Positions 36,695 through 49,795 of a stretch of DNA of 64,000 nt are shown here, piece after piece. The notes below the pieces were generated by a model. It did not search any database and had not been told where the DNA came from. It worked only from the letters and a program-made list of their open reading frames with translations. Position 1 is the stretch's first letter. Each line of letters starts with the position of its first letter. The position numbers were made by a program, and so were the translations under genes. The stretch covers positions 23,795,575 to 23,859,574 of the forward strand of contig NC_083425.1 of assembly GCF_020745735.1 (NCBI RefSeq). The letters are read 5' to 3'. Source of the DNA: Hemiscyllium ocellatum (Eukaryota).

Positions 36695-37462
36695 ACCAAT
36701 GACAGACTGGTTAACAAGGTTAGGTCACATGGCATACAGGCAGAACTAGCCATTTGGATACAGAACTGGCTCAAAGGTAGAAGACAGAGGGTGGTGGTGG
36801 TGGAGGGTAGTTTTTCAGACTGGAGGCCTGTGACCAGTGGAGTGCCACAAGGATTGGTGCTTGTCCACTACTTTTCGTCATTTATATAAATGATTTGGAT
36901 GTGAACATAAGAGGTGTAGTTAGTAAATTTGCAGATGACACCAAAATTGGAAGTGTAGTGGATAGTGAAGAAGGTTACCTCAGATTACACCAGGATCTTG
37001 ATCAGATGGGCAAATAGGCTGAGAGTGGCAGGTGGAGTTTAATTTAGATAAATGTGAGGGAATTTGGGAAAGCAAATCTTAGCAGGACTTATACACTTAA
37101 TGGTAAGGCCTTAGGGAGTGTTCCTGAACAAAGAGACCTTGGAGTGCAGGTTCATAGCTCCTTGAAAGTGAAGTCGCAGGTAGATAGGATAGTAAAAAAG
37201 GCATTTGGTATGCTTGCCTTTATTGGTCAGAGTACTGACTGTAGGAGTTGGGCATGCAATTCTGGTCTCCTTCCTATCGGAAGGATGTTGTGAAACTTGA
37301 AAAGGTTCAGAAAAGATTACAAGAATGTTGCCAGGGTTGAAGGATTTGAGCTATAGGGAGAGGCTGAATAGGCTGAGGCTGTTTTCCCTGGAGTGTCGAA
37401 GGCTGAGGGGTGACCTCATAGAGGTTTACAAAATCAGGAGGGGCATGGATAGGGTAAATAGA
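36695..37462 (+). mobile_element. HER1/CR1 RT fragment
   Basis: WIQNWL..RRQRVVV, SGVPQG, KFADDTK and RLRGDLIEVYKI motifs, with frameshifts. Confidence 0.9.
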
Positions 37463-38370
37463 CATAAATGGGTCCAAAGGCATGAATCAGAAAATGTCAC
37501 TATACACATTCAGCAGGCAATTGAAAAGACAAATAGAATATTGTCCTTAAATTCAAAGGGAATTAAGTATATAGATAGTAAGGTCTAACTTAATCTGTAC
37601 AAGGCACTATTTAGACCACGCCCAGTACACTGAACATTTTTGGATTCATTATCTAAGGAAGCATATAATGACATCAGAGGTGGTCGAGAGAATATTCTCC
37701 GGGTTAATTCCAAGTGTGGAAAGATTGTTTTTAAGGTAATGTTATAAAGGTGTAGAGGTGTACTGTACCTTTAAGAGTTGACAAACTGAACAAACCAAGA
37801 ACATAACACTTGGTTGAAACAAATAGCTGCAGCTGAGTTGTTATGAAACAAAAACAAATTTCGAATTCAGCCAGTTTAAAATTATTCCCCAACACCAAAC
37901 TCCAATCAAAATTTGAATTTAGTATTTTCATAATATTAAAGCCAATGAAATAATCTGATGTTTTGGAGTGTACAACCAGACATTTTGAACAGCAAAGACA
38001 GCACCAACAAACAGACTGCTAGCTGAAGAGCTATCTATAAGACATTTGTGCAGCAGAACATCAAAGCTGAGCTAGAGAAAAATCTATAGTGGAAAAGCTA
38101 AAAAGGAGAATTGTCAAAGCTGATTGGTTTTTGAAAGGAGACTTTTTTGTAAATCTTAATAGGGATTTTTAAAAAAAATCAGATCAGTATTATATAGTGA
38201 GAGGTAAACAATAGGTTCAAGAGAAAGGAGTTGTAAATAATTGTTGGTTTTAATATTCTCTGTTGGCCTCTGGGATAGTTTGTTACCTTTCAAATTTTAA
38301 TAGATTACGGCACGAGGTGAGCTTTTTCTGTGTGGCTGGTTTAAATTAGCAGAGGGGTTTACCCAACTCG

Positions 38371-40593
38371 GTGACTTTTACTTTAGTGATGGAGAGGGAT
38401 AATCGTGCGCCGCAGGGCAAGAGCTATAGCTGGGGGCAGGGAAATTATGATGCAGTGAGGCATGACTTAGGTTGTGTGGATTGGAAAAACAGGCTTCAAG
38501 AGAAGAACACTAATGAGATGTGGGGATTGTTCAAGGAGCAGCTACTGCGTGTCCTCGATAGGTATGTACCAGTCAGGCATGGTGTAAAGGGCCTTGTGAG
38601 GCAGCCGTGGTTTAGTAAGGAATTGGAGTCCCTTGTGAAAGGGAAGAAGGCGGCATATGTAAAGATGAGGCGTGAAGGTTCAGTAGGGGCGATTGAGAGT
38701 TATAAGGTAGCCAGGAAGGAGCTAAAGAGGGAGCTAAGAAAAGCGAGAAGAGGACATGAAAAGTCTTTAGCTGGTAGGATTAGGGAAAACCCAAAGGCTT
38801 TCTATAGGTATGTCAAGAATAAAAGGATGACTAGGGTAGGTATCGGTCCAGTCAAGGATAGTAGTGGGAAGTTGTGTGTGGAGGCGGAGGAGATTGGAGA
38901 GACATTAAATCAGTACTTTTCATCAGTATTCACTCAGGAACAGGACACTGTTGCTGATGTGAATATGGAGTCACAAATAATTAGAATGGATGCCCTGGAA
39001 ATATGCAGGGAAGAGGTTTTGGGAATATTGGAAAGGATGAATATAGATAAGTCTCCTGGGCCTGATGGCATTTACCCCAGGATCCTATGGGAAGCTAGGG
39101 AGGAGATAGCAGAGCCATTGGCCTGGATTTTTATGTCGTCATTGTCAACGGGAATAGTACCAGAGGACTGGAGGATAGCGAATGTGGTCCCATTGTTCAA
39201 GAAAGGGAGTAGGGATAGCCCTAGTAACTATAGGCCAGTGAGTCTGACTTCAGTGGTGGGCAAAGTCTTAGAGAGAATGGTAAGGGATAAGATTTATGAA
39301 CATCTGGGTAGGAATAACGTGATCAGGGATAGCCAGCATGGTTTTGTGAAGGGCAGGTCGTGCCTCACAAACCTTATTGAGTTCTTTGAGAAGGTGACTA
39401 AGGAAGTGGATGAGGGTAAAGCAGTAGATGTTGTGTATATGGATTTTAGTAAGGCGTTCGATAAGGTTCCCCATGGTAGGCTAATGCTAAAACTTCGGAG
39501 GTATGGCATTGAGGATACATTAGAGGTTTGGATTAGGAATTGGCTGGCTGGAAGGAGACAGAGGGTAGTAGTTGATGGATTATGTTCATCTTGGAGCGCA
39601 GTTACTAGCGGTGTACCACAAGGATCTGTTTTGGGACCATTGCTTTTTGTTATCTTTATAAATGATCTAGAGGAAGGACTTGAAAGCTGGGTAAGCAAGT
39701 TTGCGGATGACACGAAAGTCGGTGGAGTTGTGGATAGTGAGGAAGGAAGTGGTAGGTTACAGCGGGATATAGATAAGTTGCAGAGCTGGGCGGAAATGTG
39801 GCAAATGGAATTCAATGTAGCTAAGTGCGAAGTCGTTCACTTTGGTAGGAATAACAAGATGATGGATTACTGGGCTAATGGTAGGCTACTTGGTAGTGTG
39901 GATGAGCAGAGGGATCTTGGTGTCTATGTACACAGATCTCTGAAAGTTGCCACCCAGGTAAATAGTGCTGTGAGGAAGGCATATGGTGTACTGGGCTTTA
40001 TTGGCAGAGGAATTGAGTTCCGGAGTCCTGAGGTCATGTTGCAGTTGTATAAGACTCTGGTGAGGCCTCATCTGGAGTATTGTGTGCAGTTTTGGTCGCC
40101 ATACTATAGGAAGGATGTGGAAGCTTTAGAACGAGTGCAGAGGAGGTTTACCAGGATGTTGCCTGGAATGGTGGGAAGATCGTATGAGGAAAGGCTGAGG
40201 CACTTGGGGCTGTTCTCATTGGAGAAGAGAAGGTTTAGGGGAGATCTGATAGAAGTGTATAAGATGATTAGGGGTTTAGATAGGGTAGATACTAAGAACC
40301 TTTTACCGCTAATGGAGTCAGGTGTTACTAGGGGACATAGCTTTAAATTAAGGGGTGGTAGGTATAGGACAGATGTTAGGGGTAGATTCTTCACACAGCG
40401 GGTTGTGAGTTCATGGAATGCCCTGCCCGTATCAGTGGTGAACTCTCCTTCTTTATGTTCATTTAAGCGGGCATTGGATAGGCATTTGAAAGTTATTGGG
40501 CTAGTATAGGTTAGGTAGGACTCGGTCGGCGCAACATCGAGGGCCGAAGGGCCTGTACTGCGCTGTATCCTTCTATGTTCTATATGTTCTATG
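38371..40593 (+). mobile_element. Young 5'-truncated CR1 LINE with an uninterrupted 712-codon ORF2 fragment (38371-40509)
   Basis: KSPGPDGI, NYRPVSL, QHGF, DFSKAFD, GVPQGSVLGP and KFADD motifs with no stop or frameshift. 3' UTR and (TTCTATG)-type tail. Inserted at the end of the gypsy 5' LTR. Confidence 0.96.
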
Positions 40594-43387
40594 TATCATG
40601 AAGATTTAGGGGCTCATCGCCAGGATTTGAACAGTTTGGGTCTTGGATTCATGGTTTGAACAGGTTTAGATAGATCCGTTCTAGATTTGGACAGATTGAA
40701 TAGATTTGGGTTCTGAAGAAAGCCTAGTAGATTTAAACACTTGCAGATTAGTCTCCTAGATCTTTAGATTAAACGTAGGTGAGACAATTTGTTTAATTTC
40801 AGTGACTTGCGGTTGGTTAAATTAGAAGTGAGAGAAATGGTTGTTAAAATTGCTAAAGAGGTTCTGGAGTTTGAAGATAATTCTCAAATTTGCCAAGGAA
40901 ATTTAGAAGGAAAGAAAAAGGACATACGTTTAGAATTAACAAATAAGTTAGATTTGGGTTCAACTAAGGACAAAAGTAAAGCTGAAATTGTAGGGGAATT
41001 GTTCAAACACTTAGATGTGTCAAAGAAACAGACAAGTGCAGTAGAGTTAGAAAAACAAATTACAATTGAGGAAAATGGAGTTAGAAGATAAACAAAGGGA
41101 GAAAGAGAAAGAGAGAGAAGAGAGGGAGGAAAAAAGAAAGAGAGGCAGTTCTTAGCTGAGCAAAAAAAGAGAATTTGAACTTGAGAAGTTGTGACTTAGT
41201 CAGCAAAGTCAAGCTAACAGGATGAAGATTAAAGGGTATACTGGGTATACAAATATGTCAAAACTCTGCTACATTTTGATGAGAAAGATGTTGACGCCTT
41301 CTTTATTTCATTTGAAAAGTTGGCTAGGCAGATGGAGTGGTCCGAGGATTTATGGGTAATGCCATTTCAGACCAAACTGGTAGGCAGAGCTAGCGAGGTA
41401 TTTGCTGTGCTGTCAGATGAGGGGTCAAGAGATTATGAAGAGGTCAAACAGACTTATGAATTGGTACCAGAAGCATATAGAAAGCGGTTCAGAAACTCAA
41501 AGGAGGAACCAGGTCGGACTTATGTTGAGTTTGAAAGAATTAAACATAGTCATTTTGATAGATGGGTGTGGGCTTTAAAGATAGATAGGATCTATGAGGC
41601 TCTAAGGGAGGTTATTTTGGTGGAGGAGTTTTAAAACTCACTTCCAAAGTTGGTAAGAATTGATGTGACAGAGTAGAAGGTTCAGGAAATGAGAAGGGCA
41701 GCAGAATTAGCAGGTGAATACATATTGGTGCATAAGGCAAGCTTCTGGCCAGAATTTCATCCTGCGAAGGATAGAAATTGGGAGATGGAGATCCTGCACT
41801 ACGAAAGAAAGAGTAGAGAGCACTGGTAAGAGTTTACCACAAGTTAAAGATGCCTAAGAGGATGGAAAGAAGGTGAAAGGCCTCAGCTGTTTTCACTGTG
41901 GTAAAGTGGGACACGTAAAGTCACAGTGTTGGTTGTTAAAGAAAGGCACTGTGGGAAAAGATGTGGTAAAAGAAACTAAGCCAGTGGCAATAGTGAAAGT
42001 AGTAAAGGAGACCCAAGAAAAGCCAAGGAATGCAGGAGTGTGTTACAGCCTGGGCAGGGGCTGGGTATGGAGTTAGTACCTGATCTCTACAAAGAATTTA
42101 TCTCCGTGGGTAAAGTTTACTCAGCAAGAACAGGGGGAGAAGGGCACAAAGTTATAATTTTGAGAGATACAGAATCTAACCAGTCACTGATAGTCAGAGA
42201 ATAGCAAATTTGCACTCCTTCTGATTTGTTATTTGAGAGTATGGCAATTTGTGGGATAGATTGACAGAAATTTAGTGTTCCCCTTTGTCAGATCAGGTTG
42301 AAGTGCCAACTCAAGACTGGGGAAATAACAGTGGGAATGATTAACAGAGTGTCAGTTCCAGGAACGATTTAGCAGGGTCCAAGGTGGGAGTGACACCCCT
42401 TATTGTGGAGAAGCCCAAGGAAGATCAAGAGACTGAGTAGTTAAAACAGAAATATCCTGGTATTTTCCCGTACTGTATAGTAACTAGATCCCACTATCGT
42501 AAGTTACAGCACTTTAAATCCAGTGTGAATCATCCTGAATCCCAGGGAGCATTAGGAAAGTGACATCAGACCTTAAAGACCATATTGAGAGCATGCAGTC
42601 AGGATTATCCAAATGATTGGGATAAAGCTATCCCATTCATTTTGTTTGTCATTGGAGATGTCCCAAATAAATCTACTCAGTTCGCTCCTTTGAGTTTAAT
42701 ATTGGAGCATAAAATAAGGGGCCCTTTGAAATTACTTAAAGAGAAATTGACAGGACCAAAGTTGAAGATCTCACACTTAATTATGTATCGGAGGTCAGAG
42801 GTCAGGGAGAGATTAAATTGTGTAGGCGAGTTAGCTAAACAGCCTTAAAGAAGGCATAGCATAGAATGAAGCAAATGACACAAAAACCCAGAGACTCGGA
42901 TGTTTTCCCTAGGGGATGACATGTTTGTACTGTTACCAGTGATAGGAGATCCCAAAGGTAGGTTTAGTGGTCTCTATCAAATTGAGAAAAAGTTGAGTCA
43001 GGTGAACTCTCTCAAAGATGCCAGATAGAAAGAAACTGTATCGGGTGTGTCAATGTGAACATATTGAAGCTGTATTATACTAGAGAGAAAGAATTGGAGA
43101 AACAGGTGTTAGTGATTGCCCCACAGAGTGAGGAACCAAATCCAAATGTTGTGGATTTTGATGTTCCTCAAAATATTTTTAAAAATGAACAAGTCCTCGG
43201 GAGTGGGATAGATTAGTAAACTATCTGTCACAAGAACAAAGAACTGCAGTATGAGGACCATATGTAAGGAATACTGCTCCAATAAAACAACACCTCTATT
43301 GGCTTAGTCCTTTCAAAGCCAGGCAGGTCCAAAAGGAGGTGGACACCATGCTCAATGAGGATATCGTCGAGCTGAGCAAGGCAGGAA

Positions 43388-43685
43388 TGGCATGGTGGCT
43401 CAGTAGGTAGCACTGCTATCTCATAGCACTAGGGTCCCGGGTTTAATTCCTGCCTTGTGTGCCTGTCTGTGTGGAGTTTGCACATTCTCCCCATAGCTGT
43501 GTGGGTTTCCTCTGGGTGCTCCCACAATCCAAAGATGTGCAGGTTAGGTGAATTGGCTATGCTGAATTGCCCATAGTGCATTAGACAGGGCTAGGGGAAT
43601 GGGTCTAGGTGAATTACTCTTTGGAGGGTCACTGTGGATTTGTTGGGCCAAAGGGCTGGTTTTCACACTGTAGGGAATTTGAATT
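43388..43685 (+). mobile_element. HE1-like SINE inserted in the gypsy RT region
   Basis: tggcatggtggctcag head through acactgtagggaat tail. RT remnants lie on both sides. Confidence 0.88.
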
Positions 43686-45839
43686 AAAAAAAAATGCAAG
43701 TGGAGTTTGCTGATCATCTTAGTTCCCAAACCAGACAGGACTCAATGGTTCTGCATGGATAATTGAAAGCTCAACAGTTACAAAATCAGACTTCTATTTG
43801 ATAGGACTGTATTGAGAATGTTAGAGAAGCCAGTTACATTACCAAGTTGGACTTACTGAGTGGTTGCTGGCAGGTACCTTTATCAGAAACAGCAAAAGAA
43901 TTTTTTTGCGTTTGTTACCCCAAATGGGCTATCAATTTAAAATGATGCCCTTGGGAAAGGAGGAGAACACACCCACCACATTCCAAAGACTCATGAACAG
44001 TCATGGCTGGGTTAACAGACTGTGCAGTCTATTCAGACAATATAGTGATCTTTAGTAAGTCCTGGAAAGATCACATGGTACAGTTGGCAGAGCTCTCTGG
44101 ATGATAGAGAAACAAAACTGGTGATAAAGTTAAACAAAAGCAAATTCGCAAAAGCAAAGGTGACGTTCTTGGGATATAACAATCGGTCATGGAAGGTTGA
44201 CCCCATGGAACGCAAAGACGAAGGCCATCAAGGAATTTCCATGATCAACCTCAAAGAAAGAGGTGCTTCGATTCTTGGGACTAAGCAAATCCTATCAGAA
44301 GTTTGTTCCAAACTTCAGCAGTGTAACACCACCATTAACTGATTGCCAATTGCTAAGTTGCCATTGTTGCTTGTGACATAGTAGTTAGAGCCACACTGCT
44401 ACGGGATGACGACGATGGCATTTTACTGCCAGTTGGTTACTTCTCAAAGAAACTCAACATTCACGATCGAAAAAGAACTATTGAGTTTGGTACTGGCCTT
44501 ACAACACATACATCTTAGTCAGTGTTGGAGATAGTTGTGTACAATGATCACAATCCTCTTATATTCTTGGATTGCTTTAAAGAAAAATGAGATTATTTTG
44601 TTGGAGTCTTATGTTATAGACTTTACAATACGTACCAAATACAAATGTAATCAGATGTGTTATCACAGATTTAACTGAAAGTATAGATAAGGTTAGCATC
44701 TATTCAATGTTTTATATAGAGATGTAGAAAGAAGTTAATGAGCTTAAAGTCTGTATATCATGGTAATGTAGTGAAGGAAGAGAAAAAAAAGGAGATGACT
44801 TCATTATGTTGGTTTCACATTTCTGGGGGTGGGGTGGTGGAGGTGTTATAAAAGTGTAAAGGTGTACTGTACCTTTAAGAGATTTGAAAAGTTAGCAAGG
44901 ACTGACAAAGCATAGAGAGTCCTGAACAAAGCAAGAATGTAACATTTGGTTGAAACAAATAGCTGCAGATAAGTTGCCATGAAACAAAAACAAATTCAAA
45001 TTCAGCCAGTTTAAATTATGCCTCAACACCAAAATCTGACCAAATTTGAATTTAGTATTTTGATAAAACTAAATGAAATGATCCAATGTTGAGGTATAAA
45101 ACCAGTTGTTTTTGAATAGCAAAAACAGCCAAGCCAGCACCAGACTATTAGCTGAAGAGCTCTCTGAATGGTATCTGTCACTAAGTAGTGTGTGCAGAAC
45201 ATTGAAGCCAACCTAGATAAAAAAATATCTACGAAGGAAAAGCTACAAAGGAGAATCGACAAAGCTGACTGGCTTTTGAAACAAGTTTTTTTTTGTAAAT
45301 CTTAAATTGGGACTTTTAAAAAAGATATTCAGACCTGGGGAAAAAATGGGTTAAAGAGAAAGGAGTTGTAAATAGTTGTTGGTTTTAATATTCTCTGTTG
45401 GATTTAAAGTAAAAATTAAATAATAAAATTGTTAAATACAGACTTCTGGAATAGTTCTTTGCCTCTTGAATTTTAAGAGATTACAACGCGAGGTGAATTG
45501 TGTGTGTGGCTGGTTTAAATTCCCCATGTAACAAGGAGGAGAGGGTGTGTACATTTGGTTGTGGTCATTGGAATTAAGAAGAATAAGGACAAGCTTATTA
45601 AACAGACAGGATTCTTAGATTTATTGGAAGCTATTCCCAATGGAATATTGAAGTCACAGTTCACATAAACCCAGCACCAACACTGCATAATGGTGTTTAA
45701 GTTCAAGAAAGAGATACGAGAATACTTTACGATGGGCAGTCAAACAGTTAATTAATTTGAGATAGTGTTTCAGCCACATAACCTATTCTGTACCATTAAA
45801 CTATTTCTTACATCTACTTCATTATAAATTATAGCCTAT

Positions 45840-46160
45840 TTTTAAAGGAGTTGACAGGTTAGATGCAGAAGGATGGTTTTCACTTGTGGAAGAGTCTAGG
45901 AGCAGAGTGTATAATCTTGGAATTAGGGATCACCAACTTAAGGCAGATGAGAAGGAATTCTCTCAGAATAGTGAATCTGTGGAATTTTGTACCAGAATGC
46001 AGTAGAAGCAGTGTCATTAAATATATTTAAGATGGACATAGGGAAGCAAGGATTATGGGAAAAAGCAGGAAAATGGATTGGAGGATTGTTAGAATCAGCC
46101 ATGATTTTATTGAATGGTAAAACAAAAAATTAGCCAGATGACCTACTTTTGCTCCATTAT
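45840..46160 (+). mobile_element. Old CR1 3' fragment
   Basis: gagtctagg...agtgaatctgtggaatt...cagccatgat...cctact tail. Confidence 0.65.
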
Positions 46161-47028
46161 CTCAGTCTTGCTGGATGCTTAAGAAAATAAAATAAATCTG
46201 AAGGAAAGTGTCCTAAAGCATAGAATGGAGTTACTAAATGGCATTAATCCCACACATCTTAGTTTAAGAGGCACCATTGTACTGAAATAGTGAACTAACG
46301 TTCCTGATGATGTGTTGCAGAACAGCATTTCAAGCATACATTTTAAAATTAGCAATAATGTCTCCTTTTCAAGAGGACTTTCTCCCACATTTAGGCTTCC
46401 TACATTTTATGTAGGTTATGTAGATTTTACAGGTCACATGGGGTTTAAAGAACAATTTGCAGCAACTTAAGTGGCTCTAAGAGTTTTAGCCTGTGTGAAT
46501 CTGACATATAGAGTCCATTGGTGGAGCAGACCAGGGTCAGCATAGTAGGGGACAGTCATAGCAATTCTAGAATGGACTAATTGGAGTTATCAGGTCAGGG
46601 AAAAAAAAATTCAGATAGGGAGATTGATCCCTGACCCATGTCCATGGTTCATGCTTTAAGTGCAGATCTGCAAATAACAACAGCAGCTTCTATTTATATA
46701 GCTCTTGAATATAATAAACCACTCCAAGATACTTTACAGGAGCATTATCCACATGTGGATAATAACCTCTTGAGTGAGCACCCTCTTGGAACTAGCCAAA
46801 CAATAAATCCAATTAGTTCGAGGAAGGAGAACAAAACTTCAGACAGAAGAGATGAAAACAGTGATTTAGTGCAATAATCTACTTTCCATTCAAACCGTTT
46901 TAAGCTCAATTTTATGTAGCTTAAGGCAAAAGAGAATAAAATTTTCATCATTTTTTGAACTTTTGCAATACTGGATAAAAGTCATTCTGCACATTAGATT
47001 GTTTGACAGTCCTGGGTTTCAGATCCAG

Positions 47029-47102
47029 TTACACAGTTGCTGTAGTTGTCAGAGTTTGACATTTGTCGTTGCTTTGGTTCAGGTGGTGTCCCTTTCCCTG
47101 CA
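47029..47102 (-). CDS. CPSF4L: CPSF4L last coding exon (VQGKGHHLNQSNDKCQTLTTTATV*)
   Basis: tttctcctctgccttcag| acceptor. KGHHLNQ aligns with CPSF4 KGHYANR. The eight exons sum to 699 nt, i.e. 232 aa plus stop. Confidence 0.65.
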
Positions 47103-48009
47103 CTGAAGGCAGAGGAGAAATTTCAAATTTGAGTTGCACAATAATTTATTTCATTTCAAGCAGCAATATTTGTTTAGCTTTTAAACTGTTATTTTCATAT
47201 TTGATCTAGGAATACATTTTTACTTCAGCTATTTTAAACAAATCAAGCTCAATTAGTTCATTTGTTAGATACAAAGAGGAAGTCCAATGTACCACAACAA
47301 TGTACAAGGACAGCTTGATCAACATAGCATGAAGCACTTTTGTATTTTTCTCCTTAAAACATACAAATTTGTTAAAAAAATTAAATTGCTCCATAATGGA
47401 AAGAACAGATGAGCGACAAACACTTGCTCAAATAAAAATTGAATTTTGTTTTGAGTCTTTATCCTCAGCCCTCCTCTTCTCCCTTCCCACCAAAATGGGT
47501 AGAATTACAAAATAGTATTGATATATAAAACCTGGAGACTTAAGAGTTTTTGATTCAAGTAACACCATTATCAAATAACTAGCATTAATATGGGGAGGAG
47601 ACAGCCCAGTGGTATTGACACTGGACTGTTAACTGAGAGACCCAGATAATGTACAGCAATGGTGGAACTTGAATTCAATAACAATCTGGAATGAAGAGTC
47701 TAATGATCACCAGGAATCTATTTGCTCATCTCCTTTGTGGGGCTGGATGTAGGAGGTGTTGGGGGTGGGGGTGGGGATGCGAAAAGTAATGCTATCCTTA
47801 CTTGGTCTGATCCATATGTGACTCTACATCCATAGCATATGTGGTTGACTCTTAACTGCCCTGTGGCAATAACGGTTAGCCTAGCCAGTGACATCCTCAT
47901 CATAATCAATTTTACAAAAAAAATGGTAAAATTTGTAATCAATTGTTAATCATTTAGGAGGTAGCAAATTTTAAATATTTATAGTTGATGTGAAATAAAT
48001 GTTCTATAC

Positions 48010-48097
48010 CTTGAAGCATTTTTGTTGACAGACTCAGCCTCCCCAGACCTGTCTCCACGGTGCTGTCCTTTGTGAAAAGTGGGATCTCAGACATTTC
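48010..48097 (-). CDS. CPSF4L: CPSF4L exon 7 (EMSEIPLFTKDSTVETGLGRLSLSTKMLQ)
   Basis: ttcttcaatag| and aag|gtatag, 88 nt, open in phase 0. The shifted frame ends KCFK, like CPSF4 VTCYK. Confidence 0.65.
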
Positions 48098-49044
48098 CTA
48101 TTGAAGAATGCAATTTTTTTTATTTAACAGCCAAGGTAAAAAAAAAATCAGTGCTATTGAGTGAAGAAAAATTTTGGAAGCCTCTTCATTCCAATATTCA
48201 ATAATTACCATAGATCTTTATATTCCAACAGCAGATTGAGAAACTTTGCCAGTCAAGGTCCTTTTAGAACATTCAACATGTAATTCTGACCTTAAGCTAA
48301 ATTTGGGAGAATATCATAACCGATTTTCCTTCATGGAAGAGGATGTATTAAACGGCTAAATTGGACCTTTGTACAGATTCTCCATGGGAAATTTATGTTA
48401 ATGTTTGCTGGAAGCTAACAGCAAAACAGTGACAATTTGGAAGTGGCCCAGGCAAAGGACATCAATAAATGCTTGCCTTCATTTGATTTTTACCATGTTA
48501 ACATAACTCATGTTTTATGCTGTTTCTCAAACCAAACATTCAACCAATGAGCTGTGTTGTGTGTTTTCCACAAATCAGTTCACAAAAATTATGTGCTGTG
48601 TGTTCAAGCTATGGCCAGTACAAGTATTTGTATATCGCTGATGCTGGTGGTCAAAATCCATTTCAAAGCCAATATCATGTTTGCTGGGGAAATAAAATCC
48701 TCAATACAGAGTTGGTGGGAAGTAATGATTTAATCATACATTTTTCAGATGTGCTGCCTTGCAATCTTACATCTGAAATTCATGCTAAGAACAATCTTAT
48801 CTTTTGATAGGGACTAATTTTCCATTTGCTCCCTGAAAGAAATCTTCACTTATGTCATTCCACTGGAGGGAAGTTTCTTCATATTTATCAATGAATTATA
48901 AAAATGCACACTTGGATTGATACTCCAAGTTAAAACTTAACAATTGATACTGTTGAAAACTAGATCAGTGAATTGATGCAAACATTAAATGGTTTCCAAA
49001 CATTCAATCCCATTGGACAGTAAACATTTTATGGCTGAAAATTA

Positions 49045-49795
49045 TTAGAGCATAACAGTGCAGTAGAGACCCTTTGACCCTTGTTGGATCCACAGGTTGG
49101 TGGAACAATCTGAAGCCCATTTAACCTACGCTACTCCATTCTCGTCCACATGCCTATCCAATGACCATTTAAATGCCCTGAAAATTGGCAAGTTTACTAC
49201 AGTTGCAGGCAGTGCATTCCATGCCCCTACTACAGAGTAAACAAACTACCTGACATCTGACCTATATCTATCACCCCTCAATTTAAAGCTATGTCCCCTC
49301 ATGCTAGCCATCGCCAGAGGATAAAGGCTCTCTGTCCATCCTATCTAACCCTCTGATTATCTTATATATCTCAATTAGTCATCTCTCAACCTCCTTCTCT
49401 AATGAAACAGCTTCAAGTCCCTCAGCCTTTCCTCGAAGACTTTCCCTCCATACCAGGTAACATCCTGGTAAATCTCCTGAACCCTTTTCAAAGCTTCCTA
49501 TAATGCAGTGACCAGAACTGCATGCAATACCCTTCACGAAACAGTATTGGCTATCCATCGACTTCTTCCCCTCCAGAGGAAGATAAACCCTCTCTTATAA
49601 CCCTTTCCACACTTTACTAGCAACCGAAGTAAGGCTCACTGGTCTATAATTTCCAAGGGGTGTCTCTACTCTTCTTAAGGGGATAAGATTTGCTATCCTT
49701 CAGTCTTCCTGCACTATTCCTGTGGACAAAGATCAGCAATCTCCTTCCTAGCTTCCCAGAGAATCCTTGGATAAATCCCATCTGGCCCAGGGGAC
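49045..49795 (-). mobile_element. CR1 LINE fragment
   Basis: Reverse strand shows NYRPVSL and RFTRMLPGMEG...RLRDL remnants and a 3' tail. Confidence 0.8.

Larger units (their letters stand above)
37740..45533 (+). mobile_element. Decayed Gmr1-like Ty3/gypsy LTR retrotransposon, copy 2
   Basis: 5' LTR 37740 to about 38370 and 3' LTR 44844-45533 (TGTTA...TAACA). tRNA-Pro-like PBS taggggctcatcgccaggat at 40607. G-rich PPT at 44823-44843. SCAN-like gag (YELVPEAYRKRFR), CFHCGKVGHVKSQC, protease ILRDT, integrase C-terminus (42500-43080), then RT (43270-44200) and RNase H. Sits inside an older CR1 remnant. Confidence 0.92.

Noticed and set aside
39268-40394. Minus-strand ORFs of 61-173 aa
   Set aside because: Antisense shadows of the intact CR1 ORF2.
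37736-45537. Target-site duplication for gypsy copy 2
   Set aside because: The flanks (GTAA and AGGA) do not match, so none is claimed.
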